A stretch of 64,000 bases of DNA from Chrysomallon squamiferum. Lineage: Eukaryota > Animalia > Mollusca. Shown here piece after piece: positions 1 through 13,436 of this stretch (within the stretch, counting starts at the first letter, position 1; every line of letters begins with the position of its first letter). Position numbers and translations under genes: made by a program. The notes below the pieces were generated by a model. The model saw only the letters and a list, made by a program, of their open reading frames with translations, did not search any database and was not told where the DNA came from. The stretch spans positions 2,604,001 through 2,668,000 of the forward strand of contig CM022676.1 in NCBI GenBank assembly GCA_012295275.1. Reading direction: 5' to 3'.

Positions 1-1130
1 TAAATGTGTTCTTATTTTCTTCTTTCAGTCAAACAGATAGTCAAATAGATCCTGATTGTCTCTGGGATTAGAATTAAAACGATTACGAGGAGGTAAATAT
101 ACTGAACATAATATAATAGTTTTATGAGTTGAGAAGTGTACAGCCACCTGCTGGAAATTAGTATTAAACTGAACTGTATTTTGGGCTATGTTTTCAATAA
201 AACTTATGGATGAAACCATGGAAACTGTACCTTCATCTTCATGAAATATACGATAAAGCTTACATCTGCTAATAGTGTCAGTTTCCTTCAGAAGAGAAAC
301 TGCAAAAAGGCAGTATTTTTGAATGAAGGAAGGTAATTCGTCAATGTTGGATCTAAACGCGTGACAGTATCACTAAATAAATGTATTTGCAATAATTGGA
401 GTTATTTTAATCTTATCCCTTGTTCGTTGAGATGTAGATGCTGATATAGATGTTATCTTGAGATGAGGTTTCTATCATGTAATGAAGATTGTTAGTCAGG
501 ATAAAATTGTATTCACTCTTCTTTAATTGTGTCATATATCATGGTTTGAACATTTTGAATGTATGGTATGTGTTCCTTAGTTGGTCTTACTGAAGCCTAA
601 CTTCTCAGTAGAAATTCACTTTCACAGACTGTTAGATTCTGAAGATACTTGAATTTATTTCTGCGCAAGCTCCCTTATTAAATAACACTACACTATTTGG
701 TCTGGTTAAGTCCGTCTGTATTTGAATAATTCTTGTAGACACTTCCACAGCTGAAATGGATTTTCGACTTTCAACTACTTCAGTTTTTCACTTTGGTCAT
801 TCTTGGTAATATGTGAAGTGCTTCTCCTTGTAGTTGGTGCTTACCACATCATTCTTACATCCCTTGTTGTCATGATCATATTGAACACAAGAAGCACATA
901 TCACTTTGCTATGACATGCATTTTGACATTTAAAACACAGCAGAGGGTTTGGAATTTAAGACAGACAGGTATACTCAGCCTCAACAGATTCCGACCAACA
1001 CTTATCGGCTTCACATGACCCAAGTAAAGATAATATATGCAATGCTCTTTCACTGACAGAACCAATAACTAGAAAGCCTGGAAAGGTTTGAGAGGTAATA
1101 ACCTTTATTTCATAAGCCAGTTTAAATCAT
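1..1130 (-). mobile_element. Degraded LINE (I/Nimb-like) fragment: gag-like ORF1 zinc-knuckle region plus start of ORF2 AP-endonuclease
   Basis: Minus translation ~790-960 reads IPNPLLCFKCQNACH..C..C...H...C (decayed CCHC knuckles). ~25-390 gives FRSNIDEL..IQKY...LKETDT and VQFNTNFQQVAV...KTIILCSVYLPP, typical APE motifs. Stops and frameshifts throughout. Confidence 0.8.
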
Positions 1131-1141
1131 CATCCGAAGAT

Positions 1142-1142
<1 letters not shown>

Positions 1143-1178
<36 letters not shown>
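1143..1178. repeat. (CA)n microsatellite
   Basis: Directly visible. Confidence 0.95.
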
Positions 1179-1182
<4 letters not shown>

Positions 1183-1511
1183 AAAAGTGGGAACCGGTTT
1201 AGTTTGAAATGGTGATTACCCCCTTGTATGAGCCCTGCATATACATCTTAATAGTAAGAAAACAGTTTCCATGTAGGTTTGTAAAGTTTGAACTAAGACA
1301 GAAATTTATATATATTCAAATATCTGTATCTGTATATTTTTGTTTAAAGTATGGCAAGGTTTAGTACAAAAGAGCAATTATTTCGACTATGCTGCTTCCT
1401 TGCATGATCCCTGCATATGTTATGACGTATCTAACTATTTAACAAAAAAACACAAAAAAAAAACCACATTTAAATATAACAACAACAATAATAACTGTTG
1501 ACAAAACTTAC

Positions 1512-1829
1512 TTGCAAAAGGAGCTCTAAGTGTTAACCTCACAGAATATACAAAGTTTTGATAAGTTTCAGTAACATTCCAGGTTCCTGCGTGTTTTGTT
1601 TCATTAAAAGTAAAAATCTCAAGAGTTATGACATGTGTAGACTGTCTTGTTACATTGTAATTAAATCCAGAACCACACGGTCCACCTGATGCAAAACATG
1701 CTCCTTGTGCTGATCCATTCAGTATGAAAATAACAGATCCTGTTATGTCTTCTTCACTGTTTGTGTAGATCAAAACAAGAGACTGACCAAGCACTGGCAT
1801 TTTCTTGTCTGTGGTAAGAATTCTATTTC
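1512..1829 (-). CDS. Gene A exon 2: Ig-like domain (atypical cysteines)
   Basis: aag| acceptor, |GTAAGT donor, 318 nt, phase 1-1, open. NRILTTDKKMPVLGQSLVLIY...VIFILNG...ITLEIFTFNETKHAGTWNV has an Ig beta-strand pattern. Confidence 0.75.
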
Positions 1830-3239
1830 CTTCAAAGATAATAAAAGTAATGAAAATATATATATATATATATATATAATATAAAAAAAAAAAAAAAAAA
1901 AAAAAAACACCCCAAAAACAACTACAATAATAATAAATGACATCGTAATAATTCTCAACCACAATAGTAATATAAATGTCTTAAGTATTTAAAGAAAAAT
2001 AAAAAAAATAAAAATGGAAAATAAAATAGAAAATAATAATAATAAAAAAAATTAAACACAAAAATAATATAAAAAAACTAATATATTACTAAAATACTTT
2101 TCATAGTCAGTGAAAACACAGTTAGCTGGAATGACATGTTTGTGGGGTATCATTCAATTTGTTACTCGACTCGTTTGTCACACACCTTTTAACAACATGT
2201 GTTATACAATAATGGACTCATCTTCCTAGTTGTTACAGAGTCAGCTTAGGGAACAATTCAGAAACAAGAAAAGAAATATGTATCCACATCCATTTGTTAT
2301 GAATTCAGTCACATTTCAGGAATAATATGAAGTAAGACATCACATTCTATATATGTATGCAGTAATACGTGTTACATCACAGTGTTATATATAAGTATGT
2401 TCAGCCGGTAACTGTTCCATTAAGCTGACTGTGTAACAAGTGGGAGACAAATGACATGTTCTGGAATATGACCTATTTTCTAACTGCCTTGTTTTAGTCT
2501 TTGTAAAGTTCAGAATTTGTATAAATATGAAATATCTGTTGCTGATAATTGAAACTCACTAGTGTTTCACATGACTGTAACTGTTTTATTGGATTTTTAC
2601 GTGTTTTCATCTTTACAATATGTTTGATGTCGTATTTTCGTGAATCATGTAGCATGAATCATAAATCATCGAGTAAATGATTTCTTTCTTTACAAATAAC
2701 AATATTTGTTCCACTTAACTCGAACACGATACTGTATAACGTGTTGACAGTCTTGTTTCATACGTGTCTCTTGTCTAAACAACTAGTGTTGTTTTCAAAA
2801 ATAAAAATCTGGCTTTAGATACTGTCTTAATTTTCGAATAAATCAATAAATAAATAAATGAAAATCATTAATCGACATTAATCGTCTTATTAGTTGTATT
2901 GTTGGCGTTTTCATTAAAAAGTAAACGAAACAAAGAAATATGAAACCTTTCTGTGTAATTAATCTCACAATGGAATATAATTTTATTTTTAACACACTTG
3001 GAAATGTTTAATTAAAATTCTATTTTCAGCATAGAATTCGTTCACTTGTGATATACAAACTGTGCAGTTTAAATAATATACAGTGATAAATCTTTATCTA
3101 CGTTTTAACACTAAACCACCTCTAATCAGGACACAGCTTAAATAAATGTGTTACTTTTTCAGTACATGGATCATATTTTCAGTAATATTAAAAATATTTA
3201 TTTTAATTTATCAAATAAGAAATAAAAATAAAAGCTTAC

Positions 3240-3294
3240 CTAGACAGTAACTAACAAGGATGACAGAAACAAGTAAATATCGAAGCAGCGCCAT
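3240..3294 (-). CDS. Gene A exon 1: signal peptide MALLRYLLVSVILVSYCL(G)
   Basis: ATG at 3294, hydrophobic core, G|GTAAGC phase-1 donor matching exon 2. Confidence 0.8.
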
Positions 3295-3851
3295 TGTGAA
3301 TGTTGTGTTTAAACTTGTTTCTTCAGGGTTCACGAGTTGTACTTTATTTAGGTTATCTTACTGTGTCACGTTATTACTACAGCGCTGTCACTGTGTAAAA
3401 GTGTCTTCTTTTTTACATATATTTAATTCACTTCGTTTCTTACTTAGCGCCTCAGTTCATCTATTTCTTTAATTTAGATAACAAAAATAAATAACCAAAT
3501 GTCTTTTACAACAAACTGAATTAGTTATACCGACGTAGCTTACTCTGGGTTGTTTCGATTTATTTGAAATATTTTAAACATATTAGTAAACAAACTATTT
3601 TTTGTCTTTTTATATCTTTTTCTGTCATTTTACATCACGTTTTAAATTGTTACACTTATAATTTTAACTGCAGTGGGGGAACACGAAACAAATTCTGAGC
3701 AGTCAGTGCGATATCGGTTTTCACTGAAATCACAGAGATAATCAAGAAACGACAACTCGTCTAAAAAGAAGAAAAAAGAAAATTCTGGCCTTCTTACTAA
3801 TGGAAAAAGAGAAACATCTAGTCTATGGCAGAAAAATTTGGAGTTAAAACG

Positions 3852-4025
<174 letters not shown>

Positions 4026-6263
4026 TTTATATCATTTTTTTTTTTTTTAAGAGAAAAGCGCCTGGTTTTATCAGAATTACTAAAGTTATAATAATTTGGT
4101 TAAACTATCACTAATTTAAGTATGAAAGAGCTCATTATGCGGCAAAATCATCTTCCTCTACCAATCACCTTGTGACAGTCACATGCACTATCTTTTTGTT
4201 TTTGTTTTTTGTTCTCTAACTCAAAATATCAAGTCCAGCTTATAAAGTTTTCTTTTCTTTTTTAACTCTAGAAGAAAATAAATGAATTAAAAAGAAAGAG
4301 GAAACAGATAAGAAAGAAGAGGCTACAAAGAAAACAAATACTTTACCTAAAATACTTTTCACAGTCAGGGAGAAGATCACCATTATCTGGTGTAGCATTA
4401 CTGTAGAAACGATCCACACTGACATTTTCTGGAATCTGACCTAGTTTCTAACTGCCTTGCATTGCTCTATGTTAAGTTCTATGTAAAAAAAGAATATAAA
4501 ACAAATTAGGTGTCGAGCATATATTTCTTTCTAAATGATGATTTGCAATGCTATCTTGTTAGTGTTGTAAGTAGAAAGAGCCTATTGACTGAACTGCAGA
4601 TCTGAGTTATCATAGATAACAAGACAAATTCGTCCCAGTGCGCCCATTGTATTATTTGTCGTAGCTGCTAGTGTCTCATTTGTTTATATTTATATTTAAG
4701 TGATTAAATCTGCGTTGAAATGATATGGGAGCCGCTACGTGTACATCATCTCACTCTGCCTCCACCTTTGTTAATCATAATCAAAGTTGTTTAGCTAAAT
4801 AACTTCTCGGCATAATCATAAGTACAGACTTTGAGCGAAAAGTCTCTGAAGATTTTGAGGAGTTCATTTCATATTGTTGATGTAAAAAAGAAAAAGAAGA
4901 AGAAATTTATGGACCAGATTTTTATAATGTATCCCTTCTAAAAATATATCATCATCTAGATATAGATTCACTCTGACTAAAGTGGAATAGAAACTATTTT
5001 CATAGTACCAACTGAAGTAAAGTTATGAATAATCAAATATTGTTTTTAATTATTATTATTATTATTATTCTTATTATTATTATTATTATTCATGTACCGG
5101 ATGAATGCTTTTTTAAAATATTCAAATACGTTGCATACTGTAATATTTACCTCATTCGGAACAGTTTAGTTAAAACTGAGTTTTGATGATGCGATTCTCT
5201 CACTTGTTATAGATATGTCGTGCAGTTTACATAATTATATAGTGACAAAAGTTTAAGTCAAGTTTGAACACAAAACCAACTGTAACCGGGACACAAACTC
5301 AATGAAGGTGTTGCGTTTTGTGTACATGAATTTTATTTCCAGTTATTTTTAGTATGTTGTGACAAAACTTCTTTTCTACGGGTGAATGAGTTGTGCTCTC
5401 TGTGTGTTATCTTACTGTGTCACGTTATTACAACATCGCTCTCTCTATTATAGAGAGACTACTTCTTTCTGACTTTGATCAAATTATTCTCGCTTATCCA
5501 ACTATTTAATTGAATGAAGGGAAGTACGTACTAAAGTATCATTGTTTCATGACTTGCGGAAAAAACACAGCAAATATGTTAAGAGCGGCGTTGTGTTCAC
5601 TGTCCAATTTTTTCTACCGGATACACCTACTTTATCTAGGTTAACTTATTGTGTCGCATGATTAGTACATCGCTGTCATTGTATAAAAACGACTACAATT
5701 TTTATATATTATTTATTTCACTTTATTTATTATTTAACACAATTGCCAAATTTCATTGATTTACTTAAAGTCGTATAACTTTATCTGAAATGTTTCTATT
5801 TATTAAATACAAATTTTAGTGTTTTGAATATAAATAAATAGTCTAATTATAATTTGGTTTGTTATATTATTTCTATTTGTCACTTGAGTTCTTTTCATCT
5901 TTCATCACTTATTACATTTATGATATTCGTTCCATGTAACGTCTTTGTATTTGTATAATAATATAAAATTATTAAATTCACATGCACACGTACACATTCT
6001 GGAAAGATACACAACATAGAAACTTTCTTTATAATAGAGAATATGTTGTGTTTCAATTAGCGCTTGTCAAAAAAGCCTCACGATTCAATGGTACAATGAG
6101 AAAACCAAAATAAAAACAACTTGAGTTTTGTTACAATTAAAGACTATGCTTCTAGATCAGGCAAAATGTAGTCTGAAGTTAACTTGAAAACGTTGTAATA
6201 TATCAGACAAGAGGTGCATCCCTTTAAGTTTATCGACTTGATAACAGATTAATTAAATAAAAG

Positions 6264-6322
6264 TTACAACAAATCAAAGTACTGAATTAGATGCTGTTCT
6301 AGTTTTGCATCGTTCTCAGCAT
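6264..6322 (-). CDS. Candidate terminal exon of gene B (DAENDAKLEQHLIQYFDLL*)
   Basis: ttcag| acceptor, phase-1 compatible with the ITAM exon, ends TAA, conserved in copy 2. Assignment speculative. Confidence 0.3.
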
Positions 6323-6383
6323 CTGAAATCGCCATTGGTTATTCATAGCTTCTAGTCTGGGAAAATTTCGAAAATATTCCACA

Positions 6384-6446
6384 CTACCAATCCAGACTGT
6401 ATCTGACAATCACGATAGAAACAAGAAAGTATCCAAACAGCGCCAT
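6384..6446 (-). pseudogene. Orphan paralogue of gene A leader exon (MALFGYFLVSIVIVRYSLD)
   Basis: Clear similarity to 3240-3294 and its upstream flank; lacks the phase-1 donor. Confidence 0.6.
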
Positions 6447-6762
6447 TTTGTTTGTTCTGACTAAACTTGGTTTTTTTTTAAACGATTTTGTACTCTGTCT
6501 ATGTCATCTGCAACTCTCTCTATTACTACAGGTCTCTCTCTCTGTCTCTCACTGATATTTTCAGATGTGTCCGAAAAATTTCATTTTAGTAATTTTAGAT
6601 GTTGAATCGGTTATACAGTATTTTCATATATATTCACTAGAAAGAAATAAATAATAAATAAATAAATAAATAAAAAGGACAAAAACGATCTGGGATAAAA
6701 AAGAATTGAAATAACTACAGAGACTCTGGAAGCCATGATTTCTAACACGTTTCAAAAATATG

Positions 6763-6810
<48 letters not shown>

Positions 6811-6978
6811 GGCATACAAAACTCCTCATAACGAATAAGGAATAAAAACATTTCAGATTATCTTTACAAATACACATTTTATTTCAAGATAGTAATAAGT
6901 TATTATCAGTTCTCATCGTAGTTGGATAAATTTTAATATGATAAATAAAAGTGAATAATTCTAAATAAATGTTATTAC

Positions 6979-7077
6979 CTGAACTCGATGTGTTATCAGA
7001 CACCCGAAGCTTTTCATACGCAGGTGCATCACGTGATTGTAAACACTCGTACTGAGTTGTAGGTATTTGACCATGTT
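6979..7077 (-). CDS. Gene B cytoplasmic exon with ITAM (EHGQIPTTQYECLQSRDAPAYEKLRVSDNTSSS)
   Basis: tag| and |GTAATA, 99 nt, phase 1-1, open; YxxL-x7-YxxL. Confidence 0.8.
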
Positions 7078-7574
7078 CTATAAATTTATTAATATTTTCA
7101 TAAACACATTTTGATAAACTATTTTTCCGTTATATTTTCTAGAAAATATTAATTAAAGAAATCGTTACCGGAATTTGAAAAAAATATTAGGCGCTTATTT
7201 TTAATTCATTTAATTTACTGCAGCTTCTTTGAGTTTATAACATATATTATATAAAACATACATAATAATGTTCTTTCAGTCTTTGTCGAAATTACTTATT
7301 AATTGTTCAAACTCTTCACGAAGTGAATAAAATATGTGACTGTATGTAACTGTCTGCCTCTTTCTGTGTGTGGGTTTATGCATAAGGTTTGTTAATATGT
7401 ATGAAAAATTGGCATCTGATTTTGAATTTCCGCAATCATCTTGATTAATACTTCAAGATCTATTTCAGTTTGAATCGCTTTATGTATTAAAGAGACAGCT
7501 TCTTTGCAAAGGAAATTGCTCTAGTAAAACTAGGATCTAAAAAAGATACTCAAAACACTGGATTTCTATTTTAC

Positions 7575-7624
7575 CTGAACGAACAGCTGTTTCCTGGACT
7601 AAATCCATTGATACATCTTGATAT
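7575..7624 (-). CDS. Gene B cytoplasmic exon (YQDVSMDLVQETAVRS)
   Basis: cacag| and |GTAAAA, 50 nt, phase 2-1, fits both neighbours. Confidence 0.7.
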
Positions 7625-7945
7625 CTGTGAAACATAATAAGAAAAATATACTGGTATCTCATTCAAGTATATTTGGTTTTACTTGAATTGCTGCAACGAG
7701 ACAATCGCATATTTTGCAGAGGTATTTATGTTAATAGAGCAATGTAAATATTTTATTAGAGGTTAATATATTTTCAATCCTGATACAATTTTGCAGCAAA
7801 ATTTACTTTAAACATAAATATTATAGTTATGCACTTTGGGCATACTAGTGTCTATTTCGAACAAGGTCTGCAGGTACTTTAGTAAATAGATACTGAATAT
7901 CTCTTATCACAGTAGTTATCAGAAATATTTCAACACACTACTCAC

Positions 7946-7979
7946 GTATGTGTTTCATTTTCATTTTTGCTGTCTGAAC
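7946..7979 (-). CDS. Gene B juxtamembrane mini-exon (SDSKNENETH)
   Basis: tacag| and |GTGAGT, 34 nt, phase 1-2. Confidence 0.7.
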
Positions 7980-8295
7980 CTGTAACATATATGCACAGTT
8001 GTATTTTACAAGCTAAATAATAATTCTTACATTGAAATAATTGGATTTGATTTTCATTTTTAAACAACCAATGAAAAAAGAAAGAAACAATAATAAAAAT
8101 AAATAAATGCACGCACACGCACACACACCCACATACATATATATAGTTAAAGAGACAGAAAAAATATTAAAAATAAAAAGTAAGAAAGAAAGATAATTTT
8201 AAAATAAATAATTAAAAACTACAATAAAATAAATACGAAATATTCAAAACAGTAAAACAATATCTAATGAATGAGTCTAAAATTTAACTGACTAC

Positions 8296-8421
8296 GGATG
8301 GTGTAACCTCTTCTCCTCAAGATGAACAGAATAATTATTGCAGGAAAGCAGAGCAGAAGTATTCCTGCTACCAGACCAATTCCAATTCCAATTCCAAGTG
8401 TTGCCATGGACGAAGATTCTT
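8296..8421 (-). CDS. Gene B transmembrane exon
   Basis: tgtag| then ESSSMATLGIGIGIGLVAGILLLCFPAIIILFILRRRG (hydrophobic helix + basic stop-transfer). Donor position uncertain. Confidence 0.8.
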
Positions 8422-8688
8422 CTACAGTGATTATAATAACAAGTTTAACTACATAAATCAATTATCCGCATTTACGTTTAATTTTTTAAATTATAATTCT
8501 TTCTTTTAAAGATCTTTCATTAAATAACGCAAATAGTTTGGACAATGTCAAATTCACCAGAACCTGTATACAAGCAATGTAAAAAACTAAACAAAAACAC
8601 ACAGAGAATAAATAAATAAATAAATGAATAAATATTTTGCTGAAATTGTAAATGAAGAATCGAAAACTATATATATTATTTTACTTAC

Positions 8689-8976
8689 TAACAGTAGTAC
8701 AAACAGTCAAACAGTAACGACTGTCAGTTTTATTTGCAGAAGAGTAAATTTTAAGGTGGTAGGAAGAATTGGACTTGAGATGAGAAATGAGTAAAGAAAA
8801 AGTATTGACGTGTGTCTTATTGTCTGACACTTGCAGACTGATAGACTGGTCTTCAGTAGACAAGCGTTGTTCGACAGTGAATCTAGTGAACTTGTTTGTG
8901 TTGTATTTCCACTTGAGATCTACTGAAGTTTCTAACACATTTGTGCAGTAACACCATTCATGAGCTGATTCAAGAA
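8689..8976 (-). CDS. Gene B fibronectin type III exon
   Basis: 288 nt, phase 1-1, ttag| and |GTAAGT; TSVDLKW...FTVEQR...ISHLKSNSSYHLKIYS is an FN3 signature. Confidence 0.8.
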
Positions 8977-9022
8977 CTAAAACGTGGAAAAAGATTTATG
9001 TTGTGTTTTAATTTCATCTGCA

Positions 9023-9026
<4 letters not shown>

Positions 9027-9091
<65 letters not shown>
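9027..9091. repeat. (TA)n microsatellite
   Basis: Directly visible. Confidence 0.95.
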
Positions 9092-9094
<3 letters not shown>

Positions 9095-9226
9095 TTTAGT
9101 AAAACCTGCATATAAAAATTGATACTGGCTAATTCTGACAGGGATGGAAACAACAAAAACAAAGAAATGAAAAATCATTTGTACTTGCTAACAAAGGTCA
9201 CATGAAAAAAGTGGAAATAAAGTTAC

Positions 9227-9474
9227 CTGTAACAATGACACTGGCAGATCCTGACACTGAAGTGTTAAAAGAAGTTTTTGAAATTGCTGAGCACGTGTAC
9301 TCTCCTTGGTCTGACTGTTGAAATGAGCAGATTTGAAACAGAGAACCATCAGTGAGATATTTTGTACCAGTTCGCCATTCAAATACAACACTGTCTGGAT
9401 TACTGTCAGCTGTACAGCGTAGTATCACAAGTTTTCCCAGTTCAACTCTGATAAAATTCTTACTCTGGGTGCAT
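9227..9474 (-). pseudogene. Gene B membrane-proximal Ig (I/C2-like) exon, frameshifted by a 13-nt deletion
   Basis: LRCTADSNPDSVVFEW...DQGEYTC. Exon is 248 nt from the canonical acceptor (APRVRILSE); the missing 13 nt are present in copy 2. Confidence 0.8.
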
Positions 9475-9825
9475 CTACACAGATTGAAATACAAATATAT
9501 GTAAAAAGATGAAAAACAACAACATAATACATGCAAAGAAAAAAAATACAAGAAAAAATACAATTAATCTAAGAGGAAACAGAAAACAGATCACATAGAT
9601 TGCATTATTTCGCAGAAAACTACTGAGGAGAAGTGGTAAAATACAGTTAACGTACATTGTTTATTTCTGTTTATTATTTATAAGGATGATATGAGCATGT
9701 CGAAAGCAATATTCAAATATCTTCCTAAATTATGTCAATATTATTTACTAATTTACTTAATGTGAAAGTCATAATAAACAAATAAAACAAAGAAACAAAA
9801 CAACAACAACATTTAAACAACATAA

Positions 9826-10109
9826 AATATACATTCGTATGAAGAGAATTAGATTCAAGTCTCTGTTGTCCACTTCTGTCTCTGAAGAGATTTCCAGCTG
9901 TACATTTGTACCAGCCTCCATTGTCTTCCTTTGTAGTTGTCAGAATTTAAATCCTGTATTTTGAATGTCTGTTCCATTTCTAATCCAATAAAACTGAGCT
10001 GCTGCATTTCCTTTACCACTGTCAGGTAAAGAACAAATGAAAGAGCCTCCTGTGTTTTCTAGCCATGGCTGTTTTGGATCTCATGAAAGTGTTGGTTTGT
10101 TTGGAGGAT
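9826..10109 (-). pseudogene. Gene B upstream Ig exon, disrupted
   Basis: PPNKPTLS*DPKQPWLENTGGSFICSL...QFYWIRNG / frameshift / KEDNGGWYKCTAGN. In-frame stop, frameshift, and donor reads TTATGT. Confidence 0.75.
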
Positions 10110-13006
10110 CTATTTAAAAGACTCCCGTTTTAATTCAGGTAAGTGAGGAATTTATCTCTTCTTTTCACTTTTTTTTTCTCCACATTTTCTCATATAAAGA
10201 AGGAGAGGAATATAATTAAATCTGGCTGTATCTGTAATTGCTCTAAAATTACTATTATTGTTATTTTCTTTGGAGAGGACTGTTGAAAGTCAGACATGTA
10301 GATGTGTTTGTTTCACAGTGTATGAAAAAAAATCTTAATTTTATTCAATTATTCTCGTTTTAATTGTTGTAAATTAAATATTTTTTACTAGAAATATGTA
10401 TTAGTATCGATAGATACATACATACATACATACATACATACGTATACACATATATATATATACACATACACATGCATACAGACATAGAAACATACATCGA
10501 TACACACACACACACATATATATATATATATTTTATTTGTGTATACTAAATAATATTTGAGGAATAGTTATTGAGCTATAGCGAATAATCATGTTTTTAC
10601 AGTTATTCAATGTTTAGCTAATTAATGTTGGAATATGGGGTTAATTACAGAAAAACTAAATAGCAGAGATTACGCAGACTCCATGGCTGTTTAGAAGCTG
10701 TGTTGTATAATCACTGGAATTTCCATTATTTTTATAAACAAAAAAAAACTGGGATTAACTGAGAATAAACATTTAAACTGCAAAGTGAATTCAGAGAGGC
10801 TGACTGCAGTTGTTTTATCAACATCCAGGTGAGAAATATATATTTTCTGTGTGCATATTAACCAGGATCTTTTGATCAGTGCGCAGTCTTGCGTCACGTT
10901 GTTTGAGGGACATGTACGCGGGACAAAGGATCACTCATGGAATGGTAATTACGTTTAAAGGTCTTTTTTTAACATACATTTTGATTGCTACAAGATAGCC
11001 AGGAATATTTTTATTGTTATTCTGTGGTAGTTACTTATGCTTGAAAACTAAGTAAGATAACTAAAAGATTAGTTAGAAAGTTAACATAACAAACTGGGCT
11101 TAATTAGAACAGTATCTGTCAATGTTTTTGCATTTGAATTATATCGTGAGAATTTTACAATTTATTTATTTTTTGTTACCATTGATGGTTAATTTATGTG
11201 ATACATTAAAAAAAATAACCCATATTCAATTCTTGTGTTGTTATTCTCTAGTGGATACATAACAGTAATTTAGTAGCTTAAGCTTTCTCAGATCATTAAT
11301 AGCTTGTCACTTGACACTCACTATTGTTTGAAAGAAAGAAAGAAAAGAAAAAATAATAAAAGAAACAAAATTGAAAAATGAAAAGAAATAATTTTTCCTC
11401 TCTTGCTTAACTAATTCGGAAACGACGGATAACTATTGTAATTATAATTTTCTTTCCTGTTACAAACTGTCATGTCATTTTGTTATATGATCTTTTTTGT
11501 TTGTCTGGAAATAACGTTATACAAAGATCCTGGTCTGTTTGTGTCATGAATATAGTGAACTTTTTTTATTATTATTTTTATCTATTACTATATCATTCGA
11601 AATGTGTCCTGTTCGATACAGGCTTCTTTTATTTCTTTGTTATCGAATGAGTAAAACATATAAATAAATAAAAATGATTTGGTTTCGATTTGGGTGGGTT
11701 TAGCTGTGTAAATATATCTTTATGTTATATGTATCAATTCTGTTAAGTCATGTAGTAAGAATAGAGAGAGATGCTATTTTAAAACGTAACAAATCAAAGT
11801 AGTCACAGAATTATCGTTAGTGAATTACACTCTAAACTCTATTGACAAAAGTTTTTATTCATACTGAATTGGGTTATTTTAAATAATTGTTATACAAAAT
11901 ACAGCAGTAAGTAATACTGTATGCTGGGCTTAGTCTCTTACTTTTCACTATACTATTGAACTATATAACGTGCAGCAGTCATTGCTTGACGCTTTTCTGT
12001 CTAACATTTTAAAAAGCCTTCAGTTTGCAATTATACTCATTTGACATTATACTCATGGGAAAACACTTTAATAGTGGTGGGTAACGTAGCTGGGGGGAGT
12101 TGCTATATCTTCCATATAATCTCCACCAACCTCCTAACAATTTCCAGTTATAATTTTAAATCAGTAATTACTTTTGTTAACATTTTGTATGCATAGATAT
12201 ATATGTTCATGCGTGTGCATACACTCACAAGCAACACCATGACATACACAAACATAAAAAATACATTACATATATACATTCACACCCACACAAATACACC
12301 ATTACGCTCTAATTGTCAACCTGCCCCTTCCATCAGAAATGACGGAAGTACCGTTGTTAAAGACTTGTACAACGAACGTTATTATATTATTATTATTAGG
12401 GTCGTTATAATGACAAAGCAGTATTTGTCAGTGTTTTATTTTTAGTTTAGTTTCTACTTCCTTGATTACTTTAGATATTTTTAGAAAAATTAAATAATAA
12501 AAAAAATTAGTACTAAGTTCTAAGTTAAATTATTAAAACATTAAAAGATAAAAATGTTCAGGTAGCAGAAAAAAGACAACTAAAAAATGTTAACTGACAA
12601 GAATCAGTTTTGTTTTGCATCATCAGTATCATCAAATCTGATCTGAGTTTTCCACTACTCAAAACTAACCGACAAAAATGATGATTGATTTGACATATGT
12701 AGGACATTTTAATTGATATTTTTGTTTCAGATGACAATACATTTTTTTAAATTTAATTTTCACTTACCATTAACATTTGCCTTCTCATTTTAACAGGAAT
12801 TTAGCTTCCAATCAACAAACTAAATTACACGCCTTGGATGCCTTAACAAAATGATTTAACTAAGATGTATCATTTAAAATTTATAATATTAATTTATTTG
12901 CTAACTGAAAATAAGTTTAAAAGATTGATGTTGATCAGTCTCTCATCATTAGTAACTGACATTTTAAAGTTTCTGATTTTCTGTTGTGTCTGATTCTTTA
13001 GATTTT

Positions 13007-13103
13007 TCACTCTTTTCCTTGCTCCTTTTTCGATTTCTTTTTCTTTCGCTTTTCAGTTTCTTTTTCAGTTACTTCAGATGGTGGCAGCCTACGTGGTGTT
13101 TTC
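13007..13103 (-). CDS. Gene C candidate terminal exon, Lys/Glu-rich tail (KTPRRLPPSEVTEKETEKRKKKKSKKEQGKE*)
   Basis: Follows a pyrimidine tract and is phase-2 compatible, but the acceptor reads AT not AG in both copies. Confidence 0.4.
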
Positions 13104-13182
13104 ATCACAAACAAAAGAAAGACAAAATAAAGTGTATCTATGTGTATTTGTGAGCATCTGTTTAATCTGTCTGTCTGTTTTT

Positions 13183-13261
<79 letters not shown>

Positions 13262-13267
13262 GTATGT

Positions 13268-13356
<89 letters not shown>

Positions 13357-13365
13357 AGTGTGTGT
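13183..13365. repeat. (TG)n microsatellite
   Basis: Directly visible; counterpart ~39855-40050. Confidence 0.95.
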
Positions 13366-13402
13366 TTGAATTATACATTTAGTCACAGACTTACACATTT
13401 AC

Positions 13403-13436
13403 CCATCTGATGGTTGACCTGTAAGATTCCATGAAC
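13403..13436 (-). CDS. Gene C cytoplasmic mini-exon (SWNLTGQPSD)
   Basis: ttttcag| and |GTAAAT, 34 nt, phase 1-2. Confidence 0.5.

Noticed and set aside
10870-10950. CpG-richer patch with GCGTCACG, possible promoter
   Set aside because: No adjacent leader exon found; motif alone is insufficient.
13140-13410. CV/HT-repeat ORFs (also 39812-40094)
   Set aside because: Translations of (TG)n; only the separate 13007-13103 part looks exon-like.
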